The notes: generated by a model not told the origin, from the letters alone. DNA of 64,000 nt from Candidatus Freyarchaeum deiterrae (GCA_037305845.1 CP147778.1:256001-320000); one strand, 5' to 3'. Positions 20,318 to 29,511 are shown, counted from the stretch's first letter. Numbers and translations are program-made.

Positions 20318-20521
20318 GTAATTAAAAATTCGGGGTGCCTCTTACCTATTTCTTGAACGAAGGAAATTCATAAAGTATGATCTCATTTGTGGAGGGGGGC
20401 TTTTGATCTTGAGAGAAGGTATGCTTGGTTCATAATTTACCAGTAATATATATGGTTAAAATCTAGTTTGTGTGAGAAGAATTGGGTTGCTGTTGGGGAT
20501 TTTGTTTAGGGCTGGGTGCTG

Positions 20522-20965
20522 TTAGTATGGTATGGCTTTTGGGTTGAAGTACCATTTTTTTCCATCCTTTTTTAGGCTGTATTTTCCTTTGATTTCTTGG
20601 TAGATTTGTTTGGCTTTTTCCCATGTTCCGTCGTCTCTTAGTGGGATTCCTTCTAGGATGGCGTCTAGGATTACGAAGCTTGGTCTTCTTACTGTTTCTT
20701 CGAGTTCTTTTCGGGTGTAGATGAGTGCTTGGAGGGGGAACTGTGCGTGTTTGCTTATTGCTTTTTGGCGGTTGAGCCAGTTTCGGGGGAGGTTTCTGCA
20801 AACGATTATCATGTCCACGTCGCTGTGCTGGGTTGCGAGGTTTTTCGCGTGGCTTCCGAAGACGACAGCGGTTCTCAGACCGTGAGCCTGGTCAACTTCT
20901 TCTAGGAATTTCTCTATTTTTTCAGCGTATTTCTCCAGTGATGCGAGACCTGCAGTACTCAACAA
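20522..20965 (-). CDS. Minimal nucleotidyltransferase (MNT antitoxin)
   Basis: VVFGSHAK...SDVDMIIV motif; likely TTG start overlapping the HEPN gene end; the longer ORF start at 21094 is unlikely. Confidence 0.88.
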   Translation of the reverse strand: MLSTAGLASLEKYAEKIEKFLEEVDQAHGLRTAVVFGSHAKNLATQHSDVDMIIVCRNLPRNWLNRQKAISKHAQFPLQALIYTRKELEETVRRPSFVILDAILEGIPLRDDGTWEKAKQIYQEIKGKYSLKKDGKKWYFNPKAIPY

Positions 20966-21311
20966 TTCTTTCAGCACTCTTAACCGCCTCCTCAGCCATT
21001 TTCTTAGTGTAATGGTCGGATGGTGTACCCGAAGCAAAAGCGTCGGGATATCTTGAGGGAATATAGTGATGGTCAAGCTCTTTTGCGAGGTCAACTAGCT
21101 CCTCTGGAGCGTTTGTTTCTTCAACCATTTCGCCTACCGTGTGTCCCCTTACTTCCACTCCTCGGAACTGGAGAAGAGCCTTTACAGCCTTCTCGGCGGC
21201 GGCCTGCTGCGATGTAAAACACGCCCACTCGTAGTCTCCTTCGGAGAGGTCTCTTTTCGCCTTCGCCAAATCCCTCTCTGCTTGACGCAACCAGTCTAGG
21301 TGCCGCTTCAC
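20922..21311 (-). CDS. HEPN-domain toxin
   Basis: WLRQAERDL...WACFTSQQAAAEKAVKA...GH...YIPSRYPD. Confidence 0.92.
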   Translation of the reverse strand: MKRHLDWLRQAERDLAKAKRDLSEGDYEWACFTSQQAAAEKAVKALLQFRGVEVRGHTVGEMVEETNAPEELVDLAKELDHHYIPSRYPDAFASGTPSDHYTKKMAEEAVKSAERIVEYCRSRITGEIR

Positions 21312-21470
21312 GATTATCCCTCAAAACAGTTTCCTTATGCATTTTCACTGATGCTTTTAGAAGCCGAGTGTTATAAGCTTTCGTGTTCTATTCAGTAGTC
21401 TTCTTTTTTTAATCGTTTTTCTTCGTGCTCTTGCAGTTTGGTTTCCAATATGAGCGTATCTTTCTCGTCT

Positions 21471-21680
21471 CTGACATACGCCCCACCTTGAAAGGTTGAG
21501 GGTTCTACACTTCTGTTGTTAAAAGTGTGGGGCGTGTCACCGCCCGGTTAATGGCTTCCGCACCTTCTTCTTCGGGTGAGCAAGCCTTATTATTTTTTTT
21601 CCTCTTTTTTCGGTATTTAAACTCCATGCAATTCATTCCGGCCTTAAAGGGACCGGGGCTTTCTTGCTAATCATCTTTAT
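21471..21680 (-). mobile_element. IS200/IS605 mini-element, copy 3
   Basis: CTGACAT...AATCATCTTTAT followed by GTAA (TTAC on the minus strand) at 21681-21684. Confidence 0.9.
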
Positions 21681-21758
21681 GTAAGAATCGTTCCAGAAAT
21701 TCGTCAGTGAGGACTATCCTGTAGGATTCTCCGAATGGACCCGTTTTTTATCCTTTTT

Positions 21759-22091
21759 TCACTTTTGTGGGAACCAGCCTTCTTTTTGCATTACTTCCAT
21801 TGCAATCTGGTTGCTTGGGCTGTCTCCTCCGGCTACGTTGACTCCGACTTTTTCTCCTACTGTTTCTTGAATCTCTGCGATGTTTTTGTTTGTGAATCCG
21901 GGGCAGAGGATAATTGCGTGTATGCCCTCTTTTTTGACGTGGTTTTTGCACTCCTCCAGTGCTTGTTCTTGGCTTCTGACCACTACTACGAAGAGTTTGT
22001 ACTTGCCTGTTTCAATCACGCACCTGTTCTTCTTCGGCTCCGCGTCTGGGGCGTGGGCGAGGAAGAGCGCTTTAAACGCCATACCTACCAT
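21759..22091 (-). CDS. DUF6506-like protein
   Basis: AFKALFLAHAPDA...GIHAIILCPGF pattern; AGGAG RBS. Confidence 0.7.
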   Translation of the reverse strand: MVGMAFKALFLAHAPDAEPKKNRCVIETGKYKLFVVVVRSQEQALEECKNHVKKEGIHAIILCPGFTNKNIAEIQETVGEKVGVNVAGGDSPSNQIAMEVMQKEGWFPQK

Positions 22092-22217
22092 CTCCTATTT
22101 GGTGTGTAATACAGTACGAATAATTACCTAATTTATCCGTGCACATATATGTTTTGGGTTTCTCTTTTTTGTGATATGGAAAAAGTATTAATATTTGGGA
22201 ATGCTTTTGTTGATTTT

Positions 22218-23027
22218 ATGAGAATGGTGAAGTTGGGTAAGACCGGGGAGAAGATTAGTATCCTCGGGCAGGGTACTTGGGGTCTTAATCGTGGGAACTA
22301 TGAGCTGTTTAAGGATTCTTTGAGGAAGGGTATTGAGTTGGGTATGACTCATATTGATACGGCTGAGGTTTATGCTTGGGGTGTTGCGGAGCGGGCTGTG
22401 GGTGAGGTTGTTTCTGAGTATAATAGGGATGATCTTTTTATTACTAGTAAATTGTTTCCGATGCATGTTACTGATGGGCGTTCTAAGAAAGCCTGTTACA
22501 GTAGTTTGAAACGGTTAGGGTTGAAGAACGTGGATTTGTATTTGGTTCACTGGCCTATTCCTTCTACCATGAAGAGGATGATGAGGGTGATGGAGGCGCT
22601 GGTGAAGGAGGGGAAGACCCGGTATATTGGGGTTAGTAATTACTCGGTTGCACAATTCAAGAAGGCTCAGAGCTATCTCAAGAAGTATGAGCTTGTGGAT
22701 AATCAGTTGAAGGCTCATTTGGAGCATCAGGTTCACATTAATGAGTCTTTGCCCTTCTACCAGAAGGAAGGAGTGACGATGACCGCTTATAGTCCTTTAG
22801 CGCATTCCGGTTTCACAAAACTGGGGGGGAAGCTTGGAGAGAACTTGGAGAAGGTTGCGAAGAGTCATAAGGCTACGATTCAGCAGATTGCGATTGCTTG
22901 GCTTATTAATCATGATAACGTGATTGCTATTCCTAAGGCGTTTAAGGTGAAGCATGTGGAGTCAAATGCGGAAGCGGCTGATATTAAATTGAAAAAGGAA
23001 GACATTGAGTTACTTTCTACAAAATGA
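22218..23027 (+). CDS. Aldo/keto reductase
   Basis: LGQGTW, IDTAEVY, FITSK, DLYLVHWP, IGVSNY, AYSPL and IPK motifs; start at 22218 or 22224. Confidence 0.95.
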   Translation: MRMVKLGKTGEKISILGQGTWGLNRGNYELFKDSLRKGIELGMTHIDTAEVYAWGVAERAVGEVVSEYNRDDLFITSKLFPMHVTDGRSKKACYSSLKRLGLKNVDLYLVHWPIPSTMKRMMRVMEALVKEGKTRYIGVSNYSVAQFKKAQSYLKKYELVDNQLKAHLEHQVHINESLPFYQKEGVTMTAYSPLAHSGFTKLGGKLGENLEKVAKSHKATIQQIAIAWLINHDNVIAIPKAFKVKHVESNAEAADIKLKKEDIELLSTK

Positions 23028-23198
23028 AAATTATTTTTCAGTGTTGGGGTGAAGTTGGTCTGATTTTCAACTATTCCAACCATTGAGTTGATTGTTCCGT
23101 TTAATAGTGGGATGCCTGGGCTAATTTCGCCTTTTTGATTTTGATTTTCTATTATTCTATTTTAGATTACTCTTCTCTTTACTTTTCAATGTCAGTTT

Positions 23199-23576
23199 CT
23201 AGTGTATTTCTTGTCCGCACAATCCACAGTAACTGGCTCCTTCAATTATTTCAGCTCCGCAATGGGGGCATTTTGTAGATGTCGATTGTATAGTCGGGGC
23301 CTTACCGTCTCTGAGCATGTTGGATAATCCCAGGGCGACCAACATAGCTTTTTTTCCTTCGTAAGTGATTGTGAATTTTCCTTTCTTAGAAACGTCTATT
23401 AGGATTTTGTATCGCTCCTGACCAAACCAATAAACTGCCGCCAACGCCGGGGACAATGGAACCAATCCAGCGGCAACTGCTTTGCTACCAGGCCGGCCAT
23501 CCATTGCTTCCAGTGTGTTGTCCATTTGATTAAGACGGTATCCCAATTGTGTTAAGCGACTGCAGCATAATGTCAT
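23199..23576 (-). CDS. Zinc-ribbon membrane protein, paralog 1
   Basis: KGKFTITYEGKKA core plus CPHCG...YCGLCG; the frame extends upstream (SYETNYS) without a clear start. Confidence 0.7.
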   Translation of the reverse strand: MTLCCSRLTQLGYRLNQMDNTLEAMDGRPGSKAVAAGLVPLSPALAAVYWFGQERYKILIDVSKKGKFTITYEGKKAMLVALGLSNMLRDGKAPTIQSTSTKCPHCGAEIIEGASYCGLCGQEIH

Positions 23577-23947
23577 TATTTCGTCTGGCGAATAATTCGT
23601 TTCATAACTAAAACTTTTTGAAATTGCAAACCTCTCCTTTCATTCATTAATCCTCAATTTAATCCGCTTATTATTTTTAAAATATTTAAATTTTTAGGTA
23701 TCGGCATTGGTGCGGATTGAGAAGAAAAATGGGAAAAGGCGTTGAGTTTAATCTTCCTTTTTTTATGCGGTTTTTTGGACAGTGTGATTAATTGGTTCTT
23801 TATATCAAAATCATGATTGGTGGTGTGTTGTGGAGCTTTTTTATTTGCTGTATTGGGGTGTCTTGATTTGGCTGATTTTTATTCTTTTTGATTTGGTTTT
23901 TCTGTTTTAGATTACTTTTTACTTTTCAATATTTGCCTTTTCTAGTT

Positions 23948-24424
23948 CTAGTGTATCTCTTGTCCGCATTCTGCGCAGTAACTGGCTCCTTCTATTATAT
24001 GGAATCCGCAATTAGGACATTTTGTAGATGATGATTGTACTGTCTGGGCTTCGCTACTTCTGAGCATATTGGATAATCCTAGGGCGTCCTCAGTGGCTTT
24101 TTTGCCTTCATACATGATTGTGAATTTTCCTTTATTAGTGATGTCTATTATGATTTTGTTTTGCGTTCGAGTGAACCAATAGACGAGAATAGCTATCACG
24201 CCTATCAAGGTAATTGTTAAGATACCTATGACACATAAAATGATAGCCCCTGTACTGTAATCCCGGCCGTCAGTTGCTTTTAGTAAGTTTCCCTCTTGCT
24301 TAACATAGTATCTCCCTCTTAAGCGACTGCTGCATTCTGCTATTATTTCATCTCGCGAATAATCGGTTTCATAGCTTAAACTCATTAGGATCACAACCTC
24401 CATATTCGTTAACTGGTCCTGCAT
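23948..24424 (-). CDS. Zinc-ribbon membrane protein, paralog 2
   Basis: Hydrophobic hairpin, KGKFTIMYEGKKA, CPNCG...YCAECG. Confidence 0.8.
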   Translation of the reverse strand: MQDQLTNMEVVILMSLSYETDYSRDEIIAECSSRLRGRYYVKQEGNLLKATDGRDYSTGAIILCVIGILTITLIGVIAILVYWFTRTQNKIIIDITNKGKFTIMYEGKKATEDALGLSNMLRSSEAQTVQSSSTKCPNCGFHIIEGASYCAECGQEIH

Positions 24425-24640
24425 CTATGGTTAGGGGATGCCTGTTGAGAAAAGTCACGGAAAGAGTTGAAATTATTCTTCTCAGGAAACCATTTATCTT
24501 TCCTTTTTACCTTGATCCTTTCATCTCCGCCTTGATTTTTCGAATCCCCATTAAATGTTAGTCTCCGAAAAAATTGTTATTGAACTCTGGCTATTATTAA
24601 TCCGTTCGTATTATCTTTAAAGCTATATAAATTTTTAGCT

Positions 24641-24860
24641 AGCGGCTGATATTAAATTGAAAAAAAAGGAAATTGAGTTATTTTCTACTGCCAAGAAGTG
24701 AAATTGTCTTTCGATGTGGAGGTAAAGGCTCTTATCTTGTTTTTAACTATTCCAACCGAGATTTTATTGTTTTGTTTAATTTTTGGATTTTTTGGCGTGG
24801 CTTATTTTTTCTTTTTGATTTTTTTCTGTTTTGGATAGGTTACTTTTTAGTTTTCGATTT
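24641..24860 (+). repeat. Diverged duplicate of the aldo/keto reductase 3' end and its downstream intergenic DNA (22973-~23190)
   Basis: AGCGGCTGATATTAAATTGAAAAA is identical; encodes AADIKLKKKEIELFSTAKK* versus AADIKLKKEDIELLSTK*; shared AACTATTCCAACC downstream. Confidence 0.85.
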
Positions 24861-24950
24861 CCGCGTCGAGCGTGATATGTCTTGTCCGCATTCTGCACAG
24901 TAACCGGCTCCTTCTAATATCTCGGCTCCGCAATTTGGGCAGTTTATAGA

Positions 24951-25328
24951 TCATGATTTTGTTTCTGTCTCATCAAATTCGCCACTTCTGAGCACATTTG
25001 ATAATCCTAGGGCTAAATCGGTGGCTTTTTTGCCTTCATATGTGATTGTGAATTTTCCTTTTGTAGACATGTCTATTATGATTTTGTTTTGCGTTCGAGT
25101 GAAATAATAGGCTAGTAAGACTATCAAACCTATTATCAAGGTAAAAAGGCAGAGTATGACACATGCAACGATGATTCCTGTGCTGTAGTCTCGGCCATCC
25201 GTTGATCTTACTAAGTTTCCTTCCTGCCTCGTGTGGAATCCTGATTTTGGTAAGCGGCTATTGCATTCTGCTACTATTTGGTCTCGTGTATAATCTGTTT
25301 TATAAGTAAGACTCGTTAGAATCACCAA
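24951..25328 (-). CDS. Zinc-ribbon membrane protein, paralog 3, truncated by a TGA before its zinc ribbon
   Basis: The in-frame continuation after TGA reads SINCPNCGAEILEGAGYCAECGQDI. Confidence 0.8.
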   Translation of the reverse strand: MVILTSLTYKTDYTRDQIVAECNSRLPKSGFHTRQEGNLVRSTDGRDYSTGIIVACVILCLFTLIIGLIVLLAYYFTRTQNKIIIDMSTKGKFTITYEGKKATDLALGLSNVLRSGEFDETETKS

Positions 25329-25574
25329 CCTCTCTACTCATTAACTAATTCTCAATTTAATCCAGTTTATTATTTTTTAGACTATATAAATATTTAGCTG
25401 AGGGCAATGATGCCTATTGAGAAGAAAAACGGGAAAATTCAAAGCACAATTTAAGCCTTTTTTCTGCGGTTGTTTGGATAGTATGATTAATTGCCTCGTC
25501 TATCTCAAAATATTCATTGGGACGTAGAGTTGGAGGTGGTGTTTTTACTTGCTGTATTCGGGTTTTGACTCTAG

Positions 25575-25919
25575 TTAGTTTAATTTTTCTCCGCAGCTTG
25601 GGCAGTAATTTACTGTCTCGTGTAGCCCGTAGCCGCAGTATGTGCAGACTTCTTCTTTTGCTTTCGGAGAGGTTAGCGTCTTGAATAGATTCACTGCGTC
25701 TTCTAAGGCCTTTTTTCCTTCGAAGGTTATGGTGAATTTTCCTTTTGTTGTAGCATCCACCTTAATCTTGTTATCTTTTTCATCGGGCATGTTTGCTTCT
25801 ATTACGTTACCCTTTGTGTCGGTTTCGTATCCCTTCTCTTTTAGGTAATCCCCGGATACTGTTATTACTTCATTCTGTTTGTATCCTGTTTTATAATTTA
25901 GACTCATTGGGATTTTCAC
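25575..25919 (-). CDS. Zinc-ribbon protein, paralog 4, lacking the membrane hairpin
   Basis: SLNYKTGY, KGKFTITFEGKKALEDA, CTYCG...YCPSCG. Confidence 0.8.
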   Translation of the reverse strand: MKIPMSLNYKTGYKQNEVITVSGDYLKEKGYETDTKGNVIEANMPDEKDNKIKVDATTKGKFTITFEGKKALEDAVNLFKTLTSPKAKEEVCTYCGYGLHETVNYCPSCGEKLN

Positions 25920-25988
25920 TCCCCTTATTCATTTATAGCATATTGTAAGGGTCGAGAATATTTGTTTTTCGTTTTTGTCAAGTGAACG

Positions 25989-26543
25989 CTAATTCTTTGG
26001 GGCTAATCGTTCTTGGTGGTTTGGATTTGGGTAGGTTAGTTTTCCGTTTTCTATTTTGGCGAAACTTGGGAGTTCATGTGCTATTACCTTTCCTTTGTCG
26101 ACTATGTGGGTGACTTGGTGTCTTTTGACTGTTAGATAGTCCGAGATTATTCTGCGGTGACATTGCCAGTAGAGTTTTTCTGCGCACATGATGGCGACTC
26201 TCTGTTTTTCTGCGAGGCTGAGTAGTTTTTCAGTTCCTCTTTCGAATTCTTGGGTTTGGGTGTGGTCGGCGTAGTTTCTGAAGCTTTCATCAGTCCAAGC
26301 TTTGTTGGGTGATTCCTCGCCCAGTCCCTTTTTTCGGTAGCCTCCCAGCTCTTCTCCTAGCCACAGGTATTTGATTCCCTTCTCCTCCAAGCTTTTTTGC
26401 AGGTTTTCCCGGTTGAATTGTGGGTTGCGTTTGGAGCCGGGTAGGCTTCGTACATCAACTAGGACTTGTATGTCGTGTTCCTTTAGGAGGTCGTAGAACT
26501 CTTCGAAAGTTCTGGTGGAGTGTCCTATGGTGAATATTTGCAT
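25989..26543 (-). CDS. DUF488 family protein
   Basis: IFTIGHS, LVDVRSLP, IMCAEK...CHRRII. Confidence 0.92.
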   Translation of the reverse strand: MQIFTIGHSTRTFEEFYDLLKEHDIQVLVDVRSLPGSKRNPQFNRENLQKSLEEKGIKYLWLGEELGGYRKKGLGEESPNKAWTDESFRNYADHTQTQEFERGTEKLLSLAEKQRVAIMCAEKLYWQCHRRIISDYLTVKRHQVTHIVDKGKVIAHELPSFAKIENGKLTYPNPNHQERLAPKN

Positions 26544-26766
26544 TGGTATTCTATCCTTTAGAGGATTTTTGGGGGATTCATTATGTTATAATTTTAATTC
26601 ATTGTAACTTTACTCAGAATGGCTATCACTTACTTATTTAAAATTGTCTTTATCTGGATTTGAACGCAGATTTATTTTTGCCTTATGGGTTCTAGGTGGA
26701 GTGGTGCAAACGTAAGGTAGAAAAGCCAGCTCAGGCATGGAACAAAATATAGGAGTGATATTTCTT

Positions 26767-27099
26767 ATGTCAGAAGTAGCAAAGAATGGTGACACAGTCC
26801 GTGTGCACTACGTGGGGAAATTCCCCGGTGGAAAAGTATTTGATACATCCATGGAGAAAGAAGCGATCCGCGCCGGCATAGCCCAAAAAGGGCGGGATTA
26901 CAAGCCTCTTACAGTCAAGTTAGGCTCTGGGCAGGTCATAAAGGGGTTTAACGACGCGATTATCGGAATGAAGAAAGGGGAGGAGAAGACGGTTACCCTT
27001 CCTCCTGAACAAGCGTACGGGAAAACAGGCAAACATCCCATGGCCGGCAAGACTCTGCAATTCAAACTCGTCTTAGTTGACATCGTTCCTGGAAAATAG
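26767..27099 (+). CDS. FKBP-type peptidyl-prolyl isomerase
   Basis: GDTVRVHYVG...VFDTS, GQVIKGF, PEQAYG, HPMAGKTLQF. Confidence 0.93.
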   Translation: MSEVAKNGDTVRVHYVGKFPGGKVFDTSMEKEAIRAGIAQKGRDYKPLTVKLGSGQVIKGFNDAIIGMKKGEEKTVTLPPEQAYGKTGKHPMAGKTLQFKLVLVDIVPGK

Positions 27100-27100
27100 T

Positions 27101-27225
27101 TGAGACACGGGTATAAGAGACCGTGTGCGAAGACCCGCGTGGTAAGAATCAAGCAACCCTACGAGAGTAGAGCGTGTCACCGCTCCGTTTCTGGCTTCCG
27201 CACCATCAGTGTGAGCCAGCCTTAT
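27101..27225 (-). ncRNA. Putative structured RNA homologous to the mini-element omegaRNA-like scaffold, without transposon ends
   Basis: Minus strand GGCTGGCTCAC..GGTGCGGAAGCC..GAGCG-GTGACA-CGCTC versus GGGCG-GTGACA-CGCCC in the elements (compensatory change); an upstream TAATAATA box sits at the same spacing. Confidence 0.6.
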
Positions 27226-27255
27226 TACTCTTTTTTTTATACTTTTGGGGTATTA

Positions 27256-27459
27256 TTACCATTCGCAGTTCTTGCCTTTGCAGTATCCGTATTCTACCCA
27301 GGCTTTGGCGTCGACTGCTTTTGACCTTTGCCCTCCGTGTCTTGATGTTCTGTCACTGTATGGTGTTGGCTTGGTGATTTTTCGGGCCTGGATTACTATT
27401 CTTTTTCCTATTATTGCATCATTTTCGTCATCGTGATAGTTTATGCAGGAATCCTCCAT
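27256..27459 (-). CDS. Small hypothetical protein, possibly truncated
   Basis: ATG directly follows the upstream stop, with GGAGG in the upstream gene end; no recognisable motif. Confidence 0.35.
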   Translation of the reverse strand: MEDSCINYHDDENDAIIGKRIVIQARKITKPTPYSDRTSRHGGQRSKAVDAKAWVEYGYCKGKNCEW

Positions 27460-27837
27460 TTAATCTCCTCCTTCTTCTTTTTCCAGTTTATCTTCCTTAA
27501 TGAGCGTGTCAATCACGTTTCGGACCAGCTCATAGTCCAGTCCTAGGGACTCAGCCACATCGCTGGGGTATACGGTTTCGTGTTCCTTGAGGTATTCTTT
27601 CAAAAAGTTTTCAACCATTGGTTTGGCTTCCTCAAAAGACACGTCCTTTACCTCCTCGACTTGTAGTATGACTGGTGATTCTTCAATAAACCGGACGAGC
27701 ATGGTTTTGATTTCTGCTAGGTCTGTTTTCAATTTGGAGATATCGTTTCTTAGCTCGTCTAATATTATTTTATTGTTCTTTTCGTCTGTCTCATTTTCCA
27801 GCTTTTTTCCTTTTTGAGAAATTTTTCCTGAAGCCAT
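27460..27837 (-). CDS. Coiled-coil plus winged-helix protein
   Basis: YPSDVAESLGLDYELVRNVIDTLIKED helix-turn-helix. Confidence 0.75.
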   Translation of the reverse strand: MASGKISQKGKKLENETDEKNNKIILDELRNDISKLKTDLAEIKTMLVRFIEESPVILQVEEVKDVSFEEAKPMVENFLKEYLKEHETVYPSDVAESLGLDYELVRNVIDTLIKEDKLEKEEGGD

Positions 27838-28045
27838 TTATAGCAACCTCATTTCTCCCTAGTGGGGCTTCATTAATTTGTTGCAAATCATAAAAATGGT
27901 GGCGCGGCTGAGTCAACCATTTATTATTGGAATTGAATCGATTGATTTTATTAAAGCTTTTTATTCAAGATTTCTGATACTAAGTTTGAGAGTGATTCCG
28001 AATACTTTGAAACGAGTAATCAAGTGATTTTAGGGAGAATATAGT

Positions 28046-28804
28046 CTAACTGTTATCTTTAAGGAGATACTCTTTAACCGTCCAACAATGCTCTTCATCT
28101 ATCCAGAACCCCCTAGAACGTAATATGTATTCGTTCCACCCCAGAATGGATATTATATCTTTTAAAACCCAGCCCTTATCATCCCCTAGAGGAAGAGCCT
28201 TTGATAAAAGTTTGCTCTCCTTCGTATTCTCCTTCCCTTTCACGATAACGAGGCTATTATGCTCGTCGCACCCTCTATCTAGTTTTGAGTGAGCATTGTT
28301 GGGTACATCGCTGAAATATGATTCTTTAACCGTCTTCGTTTTTCCTCTGAAGTCGTATACCTTTTCCACGGTGAAATAGGCTATGAAGTACGTTCTAATT
28401 TTACCCTTCTCTGTTTCTGCCATCTTTCTTAGTCCGGCGTAGAATATTAGTAGGTCACCTTTTTCTAGTTGGGACATCTTTTGCGCTTTCTCCTTGGCGG
28501 GGTCTCCGTAGGTGAATGTCGTGAATTCGGGATCGTTGTGTGGATGATGGTTCCTATATTTGGGGGGCGTAAACTCGGCTAGATATCTGCTGCTTCTTCC
28601 CATGATATCCGTGTATGTTTGCTTCTCGGATGTTGGGCAGTGTTCTGGACTGTGGGGTATTGGAATGTACTCAAACGTTCCGTCTGAGAATAGGGGTGCT
28701 ACGCATCCGCCTGTTTGGGTATCGATTCCTACTCTTATCAGTAGACCTACTTGCGCTTCCCCTTTCGGTCTACCCCACTTTGCGGGTTTCCATTTTTTCA
28801 GCAT
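28046..28804 (-). CDS. Nmad3-like (nucleotide-modification-associated domain 3) protein
   Basis: RVGIDT..GG...PLFSDGTFEYIPIP, HNDPEF..FTYGD, GDLLIFYAGL, NNAH. Confidence 0.8.
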   Translation of the reverse strand: MLKKWKPAKWGRPKGEAQVGLLIRVGIDTQTGGCVAPLFSDGTFEYIPIPHSPEHCPTSEKQTYTDIMGRSSRYLAEFTPPKYRNHHPHNDPEFTTFTYGDPAKEKAQKMSQLEKGDLLIFYAGLRKMAETEKGKIRTYFIAYFTVEKVYDFRGKTKTVKESYFSDVPNNAHSKLDRGCDEHNSLVIVKGKENTKESKLLSKALPLGDDKGWVLKDIISILGWNEYILRSRGFWIDEEHCWTVKEYLLKDNS

Positions 28805-29112
28805 AATCTATATCAAAAGTAGGGGAGTGTTATAATCATAGCGCAATTACTCATCTTGTTGCTACTATTTGTCGATAGGATAGTGTTGGAGCTGTTAATT
28901 GGTTCTACACGTGTGTGTGAGCACTCAGCTTAGCTTAGTACTTCTTTGAATTCTTTTTCTGCCGCTTTAAGTGATATATAAAAAAGGCGCCTTCCTAAAC
29001 GATTTTATTTATCTTATTTGCATTTTTGCATAATAGATAAATATTCAAATTCTATTATTTTGAACCATAGTAATAATTTCCAAATATAAGATATTTTATA
29101 ACACAGTGATTT

Positions 29113-29511
29113 GTGGCTGTAATTATAGATGCAAGTGAGATGCAGAGGGAAAGATTTATGGTTGTATACGAAGTCCCGGAAACGGGTAATATGATTGAAC
29201 TGGTGGAACTGAATCTTGGTAGATGGAAACCGTTCGTAGTAGCCATCATTGATATTAACTTTAAGGTTTGGGGTCAGAAAGGAGAAATCAGTCCTGAGGT
29301 TTTCGATTACTTTAAAAAGTTTCCTTTAAATGAAATGCATCTCGGAGACAGTGTACATAATAGTAACACTTTTCTAATGAAGGTCACAGAAAAAACGGGA
29401 ATCATAGTGGGAATAGATGATATGCAATTGTCTAGGCTTGCGGCTATTAATCTGCGTGGAAGAATAAGTGCACTATCAGATTTCTACTATTTGGAAAGAT
29501 TCATAGATTAA
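29113..29511 (+). CDS. Hypothetical protein
   Basis: 132-aa ORF flanked by AT-rich intergenic DNA; alpha/beta pattern. Confidence 0.6.
   Translation: MAVIIDASEMQRERFMVVYEVPETGNMIELVELNLGRWKPFVVAIIDINFKVWGQKGEISPEVFDYFKKFPLNEMHLGDSVHNSNTFLMKVTEKTGIIVGIDDMQLSRLAAINLRGRISALSDFYYLERFID

Noticed and set aside
18872-21680. CRISPR array or integron attC cassettes from three spaced repeats
   Set aside because: The repeats are ~210 bp, irregularly spaced and carry IS200/IS605 end signatures; no cas or integron integrase gene is present.
24870-24953. Selenocysteine read-through into the zinc ribbon of paralog 3
   Set aside because: The TGA aligns with Ser (TCA) in paralog 2, so a nonsense mutation is simpler.
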